From: Camelus dromedarius
Taxonomy: Eukaryota
Length of the DNA stretch: 64,000 nucleotides
Reading direction: 5' to 3'
NCBI RefSeq assembly: GCF_036321535.1
Contig: NC_087436.1
Location: forward strand, 13,950,001 to 14,014,000
The position numbers and the translations under genes were made by a program. The notes under the pieces were generated by a model, which ran no database searches, had not been told where the DNA came from, and worked only from the letters and a program-made list of their open reading frames with translations. Positions 25,176-38,039 of this stretch are shown here, piece by piece (positions within the stretch are counted from its first letter, which is position 1; every line of letters begins with the position of its first letter).

Positions 25176-26947
25176 ATTATAGGATTTCAGTATATATAGA
25201 ACCATACAGTGAAAAGGAGTTTTGGGGTTGGTAGCAAGTGTCACTTTGTCCAGGTGGTGCTGAAGAGCCAGGAACACACCTTTCACTGCCAAAAGAATCA
25301 ACTCTCAGGTCAAGGGGCCATCTTGACTCCCTCAGGAATCTGAGCTGAACTACAGGAGAGGGTCCTACCACAGCCCTAGACCTGGCTTCCCAGGTGAGGC
25401 AATCAGTGAACAGGTGGGAGAAGGATGCTTGTGAATGTCTTAAGATGCCAACCAAGGCTTGAAAATTCCTTCAGGGCTTATGTTCTGCCTTTTATACTCT
25501 TGTATTTTTCAGATCATAAAGCAGGGGGCTTGAAACATAATATCTGTTCAATAAATCCTGCTGGCTGGGAGACTGGGCTTGAAACAGCTTTCCTTTCTTC
25601 TACCTGATTGGACAGAACCATCTAAAATGAAACGGTGTCTAATCTTTCACATTTTTGGTCTTATGTCAGATCTCTCTTTTCAAGAGTGTTAATCTGAGAG
25701 CCTTCCCATTTTGTTTGCCTCTTAATCCTCAAAATCATCATCCCTGAAAGTCAGCAATGAGGGTCCTAAAAGGTGAGTCCTGATGCTAACGGAAGCTAAA
25801 CAGGTTAGCAAGACTTCATGTCTCTCTTGATATTTTGGATTAAGTCGGTGGCTACATTTACACGCAAAAACACAGTCCTCAAACAGCAGACATTCTGAAA
25901 CCTGAAAAACATTAACAATAAGGAGATGGTGATTTAAAAGGCTAATCAGCTCCTGTAACTCCAATCGCCTCCAGCATATTTGTACAAATGGCTTTGGTTC
26001 CAGAAGTCTGCATGTTGATTCATTTTACTGCTGTTAGGGTGGGAGGGAACCAGTCCCACAGCCTCTATTTGAGAACTTTCTAAACTGTCATAAATTAATA
26101 AAGATGTTGACAGACACAGTGTTTTTGTTTGACTCAAGGACACATCCTAATCTTCCTGGCCAGCCTTTCTGTCTAAATAAATTTCATCTACACATCCAGT
26201 ATGTTATTATGAAAAAGAAGAATGTATTGGAAATTTTAGGGAGAGGCGATTTCTGTTCAAGGATTAAGATGAGACTCAAAGGCAGGATATGTAAAAATAA
26301 TAAAATAATAGTTTTACATGGGAAGGAATGAGTTTTCATAAGACAAAATATCTGCCAACAAGGGCTCAGTTTCTGAGGTTGAATTTCCACTCAACTCTCA
26401 AAAAAAAAAAAAGCTGAGTGACCAGTGAACAGTTGGCTCAGTGTCTAGACCTATTTCTCCTTCATTTCTCCTCTACCTGTCTATTTCAAAGTTTGCACCT
26501 ACCAATTCTTCTAACTCAGAGCAAATACTAGTCATATCAAAGACCTACCATTCTCGTTCAGAGAAAATAAACTAAACTCACAGATAACTTGCAAGGACAT
26601 TTTCAGACTTGCCAACTGGCTGGTCAGTCTTAAGGTCTAACACATAAGAGCCCAAGAAATAATGCTGGTGACACAGTATGACAGTACTTCAGCCTTGACT
26701 CAAGGTTTTTATAACAGTCTCAGAGGGGCCCCTCAGAAAGATACCCTGGAATGCATTTTTTCATGAAACCCAAAAGGAAAACCATCATTGTATTTATCGG
26801 CATCATTAGCAGCAGCATCAAAAGCATCTCAAAATATCTAGGAATAAACCTGACCAAGGAGGTGAAAGACTTAAGACACCGGGAAAGAAAAAAAAACCTT
26901 ACCAGCACCTGCCAGCACAAGCCTTTAGATCCTGTATAATCAAGCTA

Positions 26948-27077
26948 GAGGGAGGGTATAGCTCGGTGGTAGAGCACGTGCTTAGCATGCAAGAGGTCCT
27001 GGGTTCAATCCCTAGTACCTCCAATTAAATAAATAAAACTTAATTATCCCCCCACCCAAGAAAAGACAAAACAAACA
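26948..27077 (+). mobile_element. Vic-1-type SINE
   Basis: tRNA-Ala(AGC)-like head, TSD aatcaagcta. Confidence 0.93.
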
Positions 27078-27747
27078 AATCAAGCTAAAATTGTTTGCTG
27101 GGAATTTATAATACAAGATAGATTTGGCGTAAACCAAGCAGTGTCATTTTTCATGGAGTAAGAAGGAGAGAAGGAGAAAGTCCTGATAATGTTATCTTCC
27201 CAGAGTTCAGGATTTCAAGATGATGTTTTTCAAGGGCATTGCTGTATTACCAGATTGGGTTATCTCTGTTGACAGGCCAAATTCTCAACACAAAAGCTGG
27301 AGAGGTGGTGAGTTACTGCTGCTCAGAAAAGGCCAAATAAACAGATCATTCCCAAGCCCCAAGACAAATATCCAGCTTCTTTCTAGAGTAAGCAGTGGAC
27401 AGAAATTCCAAGGCCAGAAGTCAACCCAAGCGCAGACCAAAGAAAAGATCCGAGTGTATGTTAATTCTCAGGGAGACTCCATAACCCATTTATATTCAGT
27501 GTCTAGTGTGAGCAGTTCTTTCCACTTATGTTTCAAAAGGAAGTAGAAAAAACAAGCTGACCAGACGATCAGGAAACCATGCAAGTCAACATTAAAATAA
27601 AGATGCCAGAAAAATAATTCAAGATGTAGGTGCCACATTTACTTTTGAAAGATGCAATGGAATTTCCAGTGGAGGATTTCATACACAAAGAGTTTTCCAG
27701 GAAAATAAAGGCTAGATTCAGGAAAATGTTCTAAGAATACTGCTAAG

Positions 27748-27860
27748 AGGGGGAGAGGGAATAGCTCAGTGGCAGAGCACATGCTTAGCATGCACAAGGT
27801 CCTGGGTTCAATGCCCAGCACCTTCATTAAAAAAAGTAAAAATTCATTTTTTTAAAAAAC
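27748..27860 (+). mobile_element. Vic-1-type SINE
   Basis: tRNA head, imperfect TSD gaatactgctaag / gaatactggcaag. Confidence 0.92.
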
Positions 27861-29199
27861 GAATACTGGCAAGGGGACACTGTCATCTAAACAAACTTGA
27901 CACTGAAAGGTAATAACAGCCTAGATTCCATGATCCAAGATAGTCATAGTAAGGAGCTAAATAAGAGTATAGAAAATGGTAGAAAGAAAAGGGAGGGTAC
28001 AGGGAAAAGAATGTTCAAACATAGGAGTGAGTAAGGAAGCCTGGGGCTACCCCTCCTGTACCTGGTCCAGAATATGACTGAATGATCTCACCACGAAGAC
28101 ATCTCATTATTGTAGGTGCCCATGCCGGACTCAACCAAATCGGTGTTTACTCTAAGGGAGGAGGGAGGTAGAGCTTTTGCTGGTGTTTTAAACTGATGCT
28201 TCTTTGCTAGATGTACCTAAATTTGAAGAGGAAGGAAACAAAGTAATGTGCGTCATAAAGAATCCAATCAAACAATTTGCATCTTTGGTTAAGGTTGTGG
28301 TAGCCAAGGGGCTCTGAGTCATTCCTGCTCTTTTGTTTCTTTCAACGGAAAGGCAGGTATCAGGTCCAGTATCAAGTCTCCCAAGGGTGAAACCCTGTGG
28401 AAATCTGAGACTAGAGGTCAGTCTAGCAGGGAGGCAGTGAACCAAGCACAATCTCCCTTCCACCTCGTAGTAAAGGAACCCGGAAATACACGTAGCCGTG
28501 CAACAAGCCCATAACTAGATTCCCAAATCATTGATGGGAAAGTTACTCTCCATTTTTAGAGGAAAATCGGCTAGAAACTCATGAAAAAAAGGCTTCGGTG
28601 TGCATAGGGTCACAGGAACCCCTCCCGCCCTAGGGGCTCACCTACTCTATAGATGTCTGGGACTCTAGGTGCTTTGAAATTAACCACTTAAAAAGCATTT
28701 GAATCTAAAGCTGTCTCTGTTTCATAAATTAAGGCTGGTGAATTCTAGGAGGAGTGAAGGGGTGATGAAGAAACCAGCTGCTTGTGGGGTTGGATTACAG
28801 GTGGGAACCGATTTAGGATTCATAGAACGCTTTGCTTTGGGTCTGACAGGCATTTCACGTGATAAAACTTCCTCCCCATTCCCAGCCTCTCACCTAATTT
28901 GTCCGCAGCATGCAGTTTTCAACATGGGGCATACATTTTCAGAATACATACAGCAATCAAAAAGAGCCCCGAAAACCCTCAAAACTCAACATCTCCCTCC
29001 TCTAAGATGCCAGAATCGCAGTTTGAAGCTAAGCAGAGAAGCAGAGGGGAAGCTAATTAAAAAGAACGTCGATTTCAGTAGTGGGCTGTAGAGGAACAAA
29101 CGACCAAACCATAAAGAGAGCAAGACCCATCTTTTCAACAATTATTAAATGTACTGCTTTCAGATTGCAGAATATCTTCTTTTCTTTTTCCCTCAGTGC

Positions 29200-30020
29200 A
29201 AAACGACGTGAAAGCTTCCGAGGCTTTGCGCACACATTTCGGGACTGGCAGAGGGTCCCCGCCCCCGGGGACCGGGCGGACTTGGGGTGGCAGCCTGTCC
29301 CCCCTCCCCCGGGGGACCCAGAAGCGGCGTCTCCGCCGGTCCGCACACCTCGGTCCACGCGGGCCTGGCCCGGGGGGAGGGCACCAAGTACCGGGGTCCG
29401 GCCCACCGGCCGCAACTGCGCACGCACAGCCCGGGCCGGAGCCGAGCAAGGACCGACTTACTGCGCAACGGCGACCCGCTCGGCGACAGAAGAGGCGCGC
29501 ACGGCCCGCGGCGGGTGAAGTGGCGGCACTGCCCGGCGCTTTCGGGCTCTAGGCTGAAGCGGCAACAACGCACGGGCCGAAGGCAAGCCGCCTCCCAGCT
29601 GGATCCCGAAGGGCCTCAGCTCGGTGTCCTCGCTTCCCAAAGGCTCTCGGGTCGGTCACTTCCATCCTGTGCTCAGGCCCAGGGCTGAGACATCTGTTTT
29701 CCATAAACCGCGCGGCCGCGGCAAATCCTGGATTACACGCCGCCCGGCGCCCGCCGCGTTCCCGGACCTGGCGCGGCGACTAATCCCCGCACAAAGAGCA
29801 GGCAGACGACACGCAAGCTGGCGCCGCGTTTCCCACCGCTTTCCCCGCGCGCGGACTGCAGGCTCCGGCGGCCGCCCCCCCCCCCGGGGGGGCACCGCCA
29901 ATCGCAGCCCGGGGAGGTGACGGGGCGGGGGGGGGGGGGTGGCGTAGAAAAAGGGTGGACGCGGTTCTCAGGGCTGCTTCAGAAAACGCATCCCCCCACC
30001 CCACCCCCCGGCCTGTAAAC
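29200..30020. promoter_or_regulatory. CpG island promoter
   Basis: Very high GC and CpG density. CCAAT at 29898-29902, GC box near 29921, NRF1-like tgcgcacgca near 29417, minus-strand CTCTTT (TOP/TCT-like) at 29798-29793. Confidence 0.9.
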
Positions 30021-30413
30021 ACACTACAGACTGTGTCCCTTCAGGGGAATGACTTCAGTTTGACGCGGCTGAGAGCGCGGCAAGGGGCTAGCCAGCCTCC
30101 AGGACAGAACAGTTCATTACTAAAAGCAATCACAAGTCCTGAATATGAGAGTGGGAAAAAATCTGCGTTGAAGTAAATTCTGACAATGAGTCAAAGAGGA
30201 CACAATCGGCCCTGAAAACGAGGAGAAATTGCTGCCTCTCATGGTCTTATTTTTCACCCTGTGAAATAAGTTGGGGTAGGGAGTCTCCCCTCTCCTCCCC
30301 GCCTCCCTTTCCTTCCACCTAAAAACATTTGTGTGCCTCCTAAGTGCCGAGCACTAGGCTAAGAAAAGGAAGTTTGGAAAAGGCCTGAAGTCTCTACTCT
30401 CAAGTGCCTTACT

Positions 30414-30480
30414 GGGGGGGGGGGGGGGGGGGGGGTGAAGGGAGGGAGGGAAGGGGAGGGTGAGGAGAGGGAAGGAGGGT
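30414..30480 (+). repeat. G22 homopolymer followed by GGGA-rich purine tract
   Basis: Seen directly. Confidence 0.95.
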
Positions 30481-30529
30481 GTGGAGACCGACAATTTCAA
30501 GGCATGGCGAAATTGCTGCGATAAAGTTT

Positions 30530-31285
30530 ATGTCTAGAGAGTTACAGGAACACAGAAGCAGGTTTTAAATCATGCTGGAAATCAAGGAAGGCTTCCCAGA
30601 GGTGGCTGCATTTGCATTTTGAAGACTGAGCAGGCATGAGATAGAATGAAAAGAGGCAGGAGGGAGATCTGAGCTTCTGGGTGGCTGCAGAAAGCAGGTG
30701 ATGAGTGCAAAGGTGGGAGATGGGGTTATCCAGGGTGGCAAGCAGGCAGACCATAAAGATCTTACCTGCCAGACTCTGGGATTTGATTGGAGTCTCCCTG
30801 AAGAATTTTAAGCAGATAAGTGACTTGATTAGGTTTGTGTTTCAGAAAGATTGTTGTGGAAGGCATCTGGAAGGAAGACAGCCTAGGAAGGGAGTGAAGG
30901 TGGGGCTGGGTTGGACAAGGAAGACTCCGAAGATATGAGAGAGGTGGAACCTTGAGGATTTGATGCCTGGTAACAAAGGAAAGCAAAGCTGTATGCTATC
31001 ACTCAGGTTTTTCTGACATGAGCAACACGGGGGATGGAGGGCGACATTCACCAGAAGCAACAAGAGAAGGAGGAGGAGCAAGCAGAACCAGCCAGAGAAG
31101 TGATGAGTTGTGTTTAGACAGGTTGAGTTTATGGTCTCTGTGGAATATCCAGATGCAAATGTCCCAGCAAGCAAGACAAGCCACGTGGATCTGTAGATAC
31201 TTTCAGTGTTATGAGCTAAAAATATAAACCAGGCAATTGTCCACTGATAAGGAGAAGGTAAATACAGGACTAAAGAAAAGTCCCA
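30530..31285 (-). mobile_element. L2 LINE remnant
   Basis: Purine-rich strand with L2-typical motifs (gaattttaagcagataagtgacttgattaggtttgtgttt; gtttagacaggttgagttt). Confidence 0.65.
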
Positions 31286-31287
31286 AC

Positions 31288-31745
31288 ACTTGCTAGGGCT
31301 GCCATAACAAAGTACCACAAACTGAGCGGCTTACACAACAGAAATGTGCTGGCTCACAATGCTAGAGGCTGGATCTCCAAGATCAGGGTGTCCACAGAGC
31401 CATGTTCCCTCTGAGGGTGCCAGGGGAGCCCTCAGATCTGTTCCAGGACTCTTTCCTAGCTTCTGGAAGTTTCTTGGCTTCTGGCAGCATAACTTCAATC
31501 AACGTGGTCTTCTCCTGGTATGAGCGTCTGTGTCCAGGTGTTCCCTTTCTATAAGAACACCAGTGATACTGGGTGAGAGGCTTACCCCACTCCAGTATGA
31601 TCGCATTGTAACCAATGACATCTGCCCTTATTTCTGTCTCCTGCTTAGAAATTACCCTGTGTTTATATAAAGTCACATTCTGAGGTTCTGGCTGTTAGAA
31701 GTTCGACATATGGATTTTGTGGGGGACACCATTCAACCCATCACA
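31288..31745 (-). mobile_element. MLT1 LTR
   Basis: gctagggctgccataacaaagtaccacaaactg ... ggggacaccattcaacccatcaca. Confidence 0.85.
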
Positions 31746-32489
31746 TTCACAGTGTGAATTAAGTTATTAAGGGCAGGATTGAATATGGAGATGAGGGGAA
31801 ACCCCAGTTTTCAGTGGGCAAAGAGAACAGTTCTGGGTGAAAAGTCAGAGGAAAATGATTAGAAAGGGAAAAGGGAGGAGACCCACCAACATGGAAGGGG
31901 GAGAAATGTTTAAGTGTGGAGTGATTCACGTTGCCAAATGCTTACAAAGTCAAGCACATAAAGATAGAAATTGCCATGGCCTTTGGCAGTGTGACAGTCG
32001 TTAGACCAAATGGTCAGAATAGATGAACTTCAAAGGGCCCATTTAACTCCATATTCTGCAACTTTAAAATCATTGTTCAGTAAACTCACTGAGGGGACTT
32101 GCCTTCCATGCCTAACCGGCTTTCTCCGCCTTCTTTAGATTTAGGGCTCGAAAAGATGGCCCAGGCTCTGGAATCAGGTGGACAGACACTGGACTTCAGT
32201 CTGGATGAAAGCAAAATGGGAAAGCAGACCCTAGAGAAGGTGTTTTCTGGGAGGTGGTAGAGGCTGGTGGAAACATATGGAGGCTCTGGGCCAGCAGAGC
32301 AAAGTTCCCAGGTGCCTGTGCCCCGAGGAGTTGTACTCCGGCTCACCCTGGAGCCATTCCGTGGTACAATTTAGGCATTGTTCTCAGCGGGGTAGCAGCC
32401 AAGCCTAATTCTCTGGATTTCTTAGAGATTCTCTGAGCCAGGTAATATTCTTTAATAATAGGAAAAAAACGAAAAAACAAAAAACCAAT

Positions 32490-33535
32490 GCTTTGTTGAG
32501 ATAATTCACATACTATAAAAATTCATCCATTTAAAGTGTGCAATTCACTGGTTTTCAGTATATTTACAAGGTTGTGCAACCATCACCACTGTCTAATTCC
32601 AGAACAAATTCATCAGCCTGAAAAGAAACTTCATACACACCAGTGGTCACTCCCCCATTTCCCACCCCATCCCAGCCTCCGGCAACCACTTATCTACTTT
32701 GTGTCTCTGTGGATTTCCTCACTGTGGACATTTCATGTAAATGGAATTATACACCATGTGGCCTTTTGGGTCTGGCTTCTTTCACTGAGCAAAATTTTTT
32801 CAAGATTTATCTATTTTGTGGCATGTGTCAGTCCATGATTCCTTTTGTTGCCAAATAACATTGCCAAACTACATTTTGTTTATCTGTTCATCAGCTGGAC
32901 ACGAGGATGGTTTTCACTTTTTGGCTGGTATGAGTAATGCTGCTATAAACATTTGTGTGCAAGTTTTTGTATGAACATATTTTTGTTCCTCTCAGTTAGA
33001 TATCTACGAGTAGAATTACTGGGTCATGTGGTAATTCTATCTTTAAAAACTTGAGGATCTGCCAGGCTGGTTTCCAAAGCAGTTACATCATTTTACACTA
33101 GCACTAGCGAAGTATTAGGGTTCTAATTTCCTCGTGGGTGAAAAGTAGTATCTCACTGTGGGTTTGATTGGCATGTGCCTAGTGACTAATAATGTTGAAT
33201 ATCTTTTCATGTGTTTATTGACCATTTGTGTATCTTTGAAAAATATCTATTAAAATCTTTACCTACTAAAGAAAAATTTTAAAAACAGTGGTGAAAAACA
33301 CATAACATAAAATTTCCCATTTTAGCCATTTTGATGTGTACTATTCACTGATATTAAGTACATTCATTCACATTGTTGTGCACTCATCATTCTTTGCCCA
33401 GTTTAATGGTCTTTTTAAATGTATCTTTTATTGTTTAATTTTTGCATTCTGGATACAAGTCCCTTACCAGAATATGATTTGAGAATATTTTCTCTCATTC
33501 TGTAGGTTGTTCTTTCACTTTCCTGATGGTGTTTT
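32490..33535 (-). mobile_element. Ancient L1M (L1MB-like) 3' fragment
   Basis: ttgagataattcacatactataaaattcatccatttaaagtgtgcaattca followed by reverse ORF2-end motifs. Confidence 0.85.
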
Positions 33536-33761
33536 AATATTCCTTAATAAATTCCTTTTATGCTCAAACTAACTAGAATAGCATTGTCAGTAGCTAAGAA
33601 CATTGGCAGGTGCACTGGATTCTGTTAAATACCATCTTATTCTATTTTTTCTTTCTGTAACAACCTGTCTCATATCACATCTTCTCTCCAAGATTGCCTT
33701 AGAACTTCGGTTTTGGGTTTGTTTTTTCCTAAAGCCTTTCTATTCTATTGGAATCCCGCCC

Positions 33762-34605
33762 TGTGATATCATGATTTATAATAAGAAATACATATTTGGT
33801 CTTCATTTCCTTTCTGGCACAGAGTTCCTAAAATCCTTGGAAGTTCCTAAGGTGAGAGCCATAAGGGTATCTTTTGTTATGTTAATGAGGCACCTTTTGG
33901 GCCACACCTAAGGATGAGGCACTGGTTGCCAGGAGAACCATCCTTGTGATTTCAGGGTTGGAATATTCAGTCCCACACCCTGACCTCTGGGGGGAGGAGT
34001 GGGGCTGAAGGTTGAATCAGTCACTAATGGCCAGTGATTTAATCCATCATGCCTATATAATGAAGCCTTCATACAAACTCAAAAGGACGGAATTTGGAGA
34101 GCTTCCAGGTTGTGGACAGCTGGAGAGATTTGAGGAGAGTGGTGCACTCCGATGGCATGGATGTTCTGCACCCTTTTCCCATATCTTGCCCTGTGCATCT
34201 CTTCCATCTGTCTGTTTCTGAGTGATATCTTTTCATAATAAACCAATAATCCAGTAAGTAAGATGTTTCTCTGAGTTCTGTGAGCCTCTCTAGCAAATTA
34301 ATGGAACCCAAGGAGGGAGTTGTCAGACCCTCCCATCTATAGGCGGTTGGTCAGAAGCACAGGTGACCATCGGGACTTGTGACTGGCCTCAGAACCAGGT
34401 GGAAGGACAGTGGAGGAGTGGGGGAGGTGCAGTCTTGTGAAACCAAACCCTTAACCTGTGGGGTCCGATGCTATCTCCAGGTATCAGTGTCAGAATTGAG
34501 TTGAATCATAGGACACCCTGCTGGTGTCGCAGAGAACTGCTTGGTGATGTGGGGGGACCCACCGCCCAGACAAATGTTGGAACTTGTGCTCTGAACCCTT
34601 TGACA
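33762..34605 (+). mobile_element. MER21-like ERVL LTR
   Basis: tgtgatatcatgatttataataagaaat start; tgagttctgtgagcc...agcaaatta...gaacccaaggagg motif; aataaa near 34237. Confidence 0.8.
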
Positions 34606-35919
34606 CCCACATGTTACATTTCCTGGTTACCGACCGAAAGTATCAATGGCCACCACTAACACAATTGAGCAGGACTACCAGCCGTCTTCCATTCATTTCC
34701 CACGTCTATCCAGTCCCAGCCAGCGTCCTGCAGTGCTGTGCAGGGCCCACCCCCTCTCCACCCTCTCCCCCACTGCACTTCTCCCTCTCCTGTTACAGGG
34801 CCAGAGCTGCTATAGTGAGAGCTTATGAATGAGATCAATGTCCTACTTAACCTATAGACCATCCTCAGTGCCCAGGACAAGTATTTGCAAACACTTGGAG
34901 CATAATAAACACGTGCTAAATGGAACTGAATGATGGGCCTTCTTTCCTTAATTGTATTTTTTATTCTAAAATTACATCTATGCCATCCTTGATTTTAAAG
35001 TTTTCTCTTAATGACCCACCTTTGGGGGCTTCGGGAATGAAATTGGGTAACAAGGCAAATCTATGCTATTCAGTGTATGACTGGAAGAGGGGAATTCTTT
35101 GGGGGAATTAATTTCTGTGAGTTTGTGAAATGGTGAAAAAAGGTGAATGCTTCACAGATAAAGTTCTCAGGTCCCAGAGAGAAGCTTAAGAGTAGTATTT
35201 GGGGCATCGCATCTCTAAGGGCAGGTTTATCCGGTGGGTTGCATTTCATGACGACCACTGCTCAGTGCTTTGGGTCTGCTTATTCTCTGTGGACAGTCTC
35301 TTATCCTGTCTGTCCCTGAGCCTGTCCAGCGGTCTGCAACTCTTCCGATTAGGGGTTAGGGGGAAGGCATCTGTCGGAAATGGCAGAAAAGAGCCTGTGC
35401 TCATTCAGTCATAGGTCCATCCCCTGTCTACTGAGCATGCACTTCACACACGACACAACTCAGGGTGCAAAGAGGAATAAGATTCGTCTCCTATGATCAG
35501 GAGTTGGGTGACAAATGAGGGGTCAAGACAAACACAATTAATCATCATCCAAAGCAGAGCGGACCTCCAATAAAAGAGGCGTAAAAAGCTGTCTTGAGGA
35601 TTCAGAGTAAGAAGAAATCACCCATTTGGTTTAAGGAGTAGGAAAGCCTTTCTGGAAGGTGGGAAAGAGAGCCAGGCTTTTGCTTAGAAACTCAGGCCCT
35701 CTAAACCATAGTCCCTGTTCTTCGGTAGCTCCCAACCCAGCTGGGATGAGCATCATACATACAGTGGCTGCAATTCAAGACCACACGTGTTAAGACCGAT
35801 AGGAAAGAGTCACCGGAAAGCTGGAGATCACTTCCTAATAGTGTAACCAGGGAAGACTTTACGGAAGGGTGGGTTTGGGCCCTAAAAGGTGGGAAGAATT
35901 TATTAAAATGCATATTTTG

Positions 35920-36660
35920 GATATAAAGCAATTAAATGCTCTAGAAAATTTGGAAAACTTAGCAAAGCATAAAGAATAAAATGGAAATCATCCATAGACC
36001 CACTAATATAGATAAATGCATTGCCAAACATATGATATGCTTAATAAAAATTTGCAAAATGAATAAATGACCTTACCATTTATTGTCTCTTTCTATTTTT
36101 CCCTTGTGCATATTTTTATTATACACATAATTTTGGAACTCACTTTTTAAAAACATATCATAGAATATGCATTTTAATATCAGTAAAATTATTTGAAAAC
36201 ATATTTTTTAAAAGCTGAAGAATATTCCAGTAATTGATATATCATTTATGCAACCAATTTTCATAGCATTCTCGTGTAGATTGCTTCTAAATTTCCAACT
36301 ATTATAAGTAAAACTTCAATGAAATTGCTAAACACAAATCTTTGTCCACATCTCTGTATTATCAGCATAGATTCCTGTAAGTGGAATTATCAAGTCAAGG
36401 TGTATTAACCTTCCTAGGACTCTCAAGAGAGTAAAATATTGCCAACTAATTTTTTAAAAGGCTGTACCAGTTTACATTCCCATTAGCAAGGTGTGCTATT
36501 AAGACACACGCCTTCACCAACAGTATTATTTTAAAATATTTGCTAATCTGATAAGGAGAAAATAGTAACTCATTGTTTTTACACTGTGTATGTATTTGCT
36601 CACTAGTAATGTGGAACATTTTAAACGTGATCATTTCCATGAATGTTTCCTTTACATTGC
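35920..36660 (-). mobile_element. Highly degenerate L1M fragment
   Basis: AT-rich reverse ORF2-end motifs (gattcctgtaagtggaatt; ctgtaccagtttacattcccattagc). Confidence 0.55.
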
Positions 36661-36834
36661 CAGTTCATGTACTTACATCAAATGCTGTAAATGAAATACA
36701 TATTTGTTTGCAAAACTTGGAAAGACTCTGCAATGCTCTCAGTCAATCTGGTTTCTCTTATGGTTATCTTTGTGTAAGCATCCTGTCATGGTAAGTGTGT
36801 TTTTTTTTTTAAAGCTGTATTCTCATTCATTTTC

Positions 36835-36870
36835 TTTCTCCCCCTCCCTCTCTTCTTCTCCCCCTCCCTT

Positions 36871-36906
<36 letters not shown>

Positions 36907-36932
36907 CCTCTCTCTCTCTCTCTCTGTCTCTC
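36835..36932. repeat. (CT)n-rich microsatellite
   Basis: Seen directly. Confidence 0.95.
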
Positions 36933-37287
36933 TGCCACAGCACAGCCAACCACACTCTTCATCTGGTGCTCAAAGAAACTGGTCTGCTGCAACACTGGAG
37001 GAAAAACTGGTGATATGAGAATCATTGAGAGACAAAAAAATATCCAAATTGTCAAGGGCCATTTAGTCACAGTGACCCTTTTTAAGTGCTGATTTCAGAA
37101 CCTAACCTTCTCTTAGGCCATAAAATTCACCCCCACAGTGTTCCCCGGTTAATTCCCTCATTTCCACTGCACTGCACCTTGCTGCCTCTGTGGTGTCTGT
37201 TCCTGCTCAACCTGGTGTGGCCTTGGCTACATCATCCCCAGTCTGGATCCTGCCTGTCCATGATTACGAGGCTCAAATGGCAGCCCT

Positions 37288-37392
37288 TAAAAGAATATGA
37301 AAACAAATATGTGTGCATATGTATGACAGGGACATTATGCTGTACACCAGAAATTGACACATTGTGACTCATTATACTTCAATTAAAAAAAG
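37288..37392 (+). mobile_element. Short L1 3'-end
   Basis: gggacattatgctgtacaccagaaattgacacattgt plus A tail. Confidence 0.85.
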
Positions 37393-37467
37393 AGAGAGAC
37401 TTCCATTAAAAAAAAAGGCGGCTCTTGAATGGTGATTATCTTTTCCTCTGAATCCCATAGCATATTG

Positions 37468-37625
37468 TATTTTTGTTTATTTGCTTTTGGTTTTTTAAAT
37501 TTTGGGGGGGGTAGATACTTAGGTTTTCTGCTTATTTATTTGTTTTAACGGTGGTACAGGGGATTGAACGCAGGGCCTCGTGCATGCTAAGCACACACTC
37601 TACCACTTGCGCTGTCCCGCCACCC
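37468..37625 (-). mobile_element. Vic-1-type SINE
   Basis: Reverse tRNA head with T-rich tail. Confidence 0.88.
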
Positions 37626-37898
37626 CAGCACACTCTTGTATTTACAGTATCTCCAACTTCCAGAGATTCTAGTTCTTTGTGCATGCAACTCATCTCCTTC
37701 ATTATTTTATAAACTCCTTGAGGAGTCTCCTAGAGTAGGGTCTATGCCTTCTCTAGTCTGGATTCCCAAAATGCAGTTAGAAGAAACCCCAAAATGTTTT
37801 ACAAATTTAAAAACTAAATGTCATTTAACAGAGCATTAGCCCCACTCCCCCCCCCAAAAGCTACTTTGAAAAGGAAAACAAAGCTTACTTTGATTTAA

Positions 37899-38003
37899 TA
37901 TTTTTTATTTATTTTTTTGGGGGGAGGAGGTAATTAGGGGCTTGAACCCAGAACCTCCTGCATGCTAAGCATGCGCTCTACCACTTGAGCTATACCCTCC
38001 CCC
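37899..38003 (-). mobile_element. Vic-1-type SINE
   Basis: Reverse tRNA-Ala head and ggaggtaattag motif. Confidence 0.9.
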
Positions 38004-38039
38004 AATGAAGCTTAATTTTATTTGTCGGGACTGTGGTCA

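Larger units (their letters stand above)
25600..29798 (-). ncRNA. Putative spliced lncRNA driven by the CpG island (3' end uncertain)
   Basis: Chain of minus-strand exons with canonical sites: exon 1 to 29462 (GCA|gtaagt), 28894-29028 (alternative acceptor 29085), 28642-28744, 28092-28151, 27251-27296, 26582-26636, further acceptors at 25901 and 25743. No sustained ORF or recognisable protein. Confidence 0.5.

Noticed and set aside
25664..25743. Box C/D snoRNA on the minus strand (ATGATGA ... CTGA, about 75 nt)
   Set aside because: No terminal stem and no recognisable rRNA or snRNA antisense element. The C box directly follows a splice acceptor, so it is more likely exonic.
26948..27023. tRNA-Ala(AGC) gene (also the other 12 tRNA-like heads)
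   Set aside because: They have mismatched stems and A-rich tails, most share the ctaattacc motif and several have TSDs. These are Vic-1-type SINEs, not functional tRNAs.
29145..29240. H/ACA snoRNA in intron 1 (hairpin, A-rich hinge, ACA)
   Set aside because: The 3' hairpin is only about 25 nt, too short for a canonical H/ACA, and I recognise no known family.
29053..30022. Many overlapping ORFs of 80-145 aa
   Set aside because: Expected from stop-codon scarcity in a CpG island. They are low-complexity Arg/Pro/Gly/Ala with no known domain.
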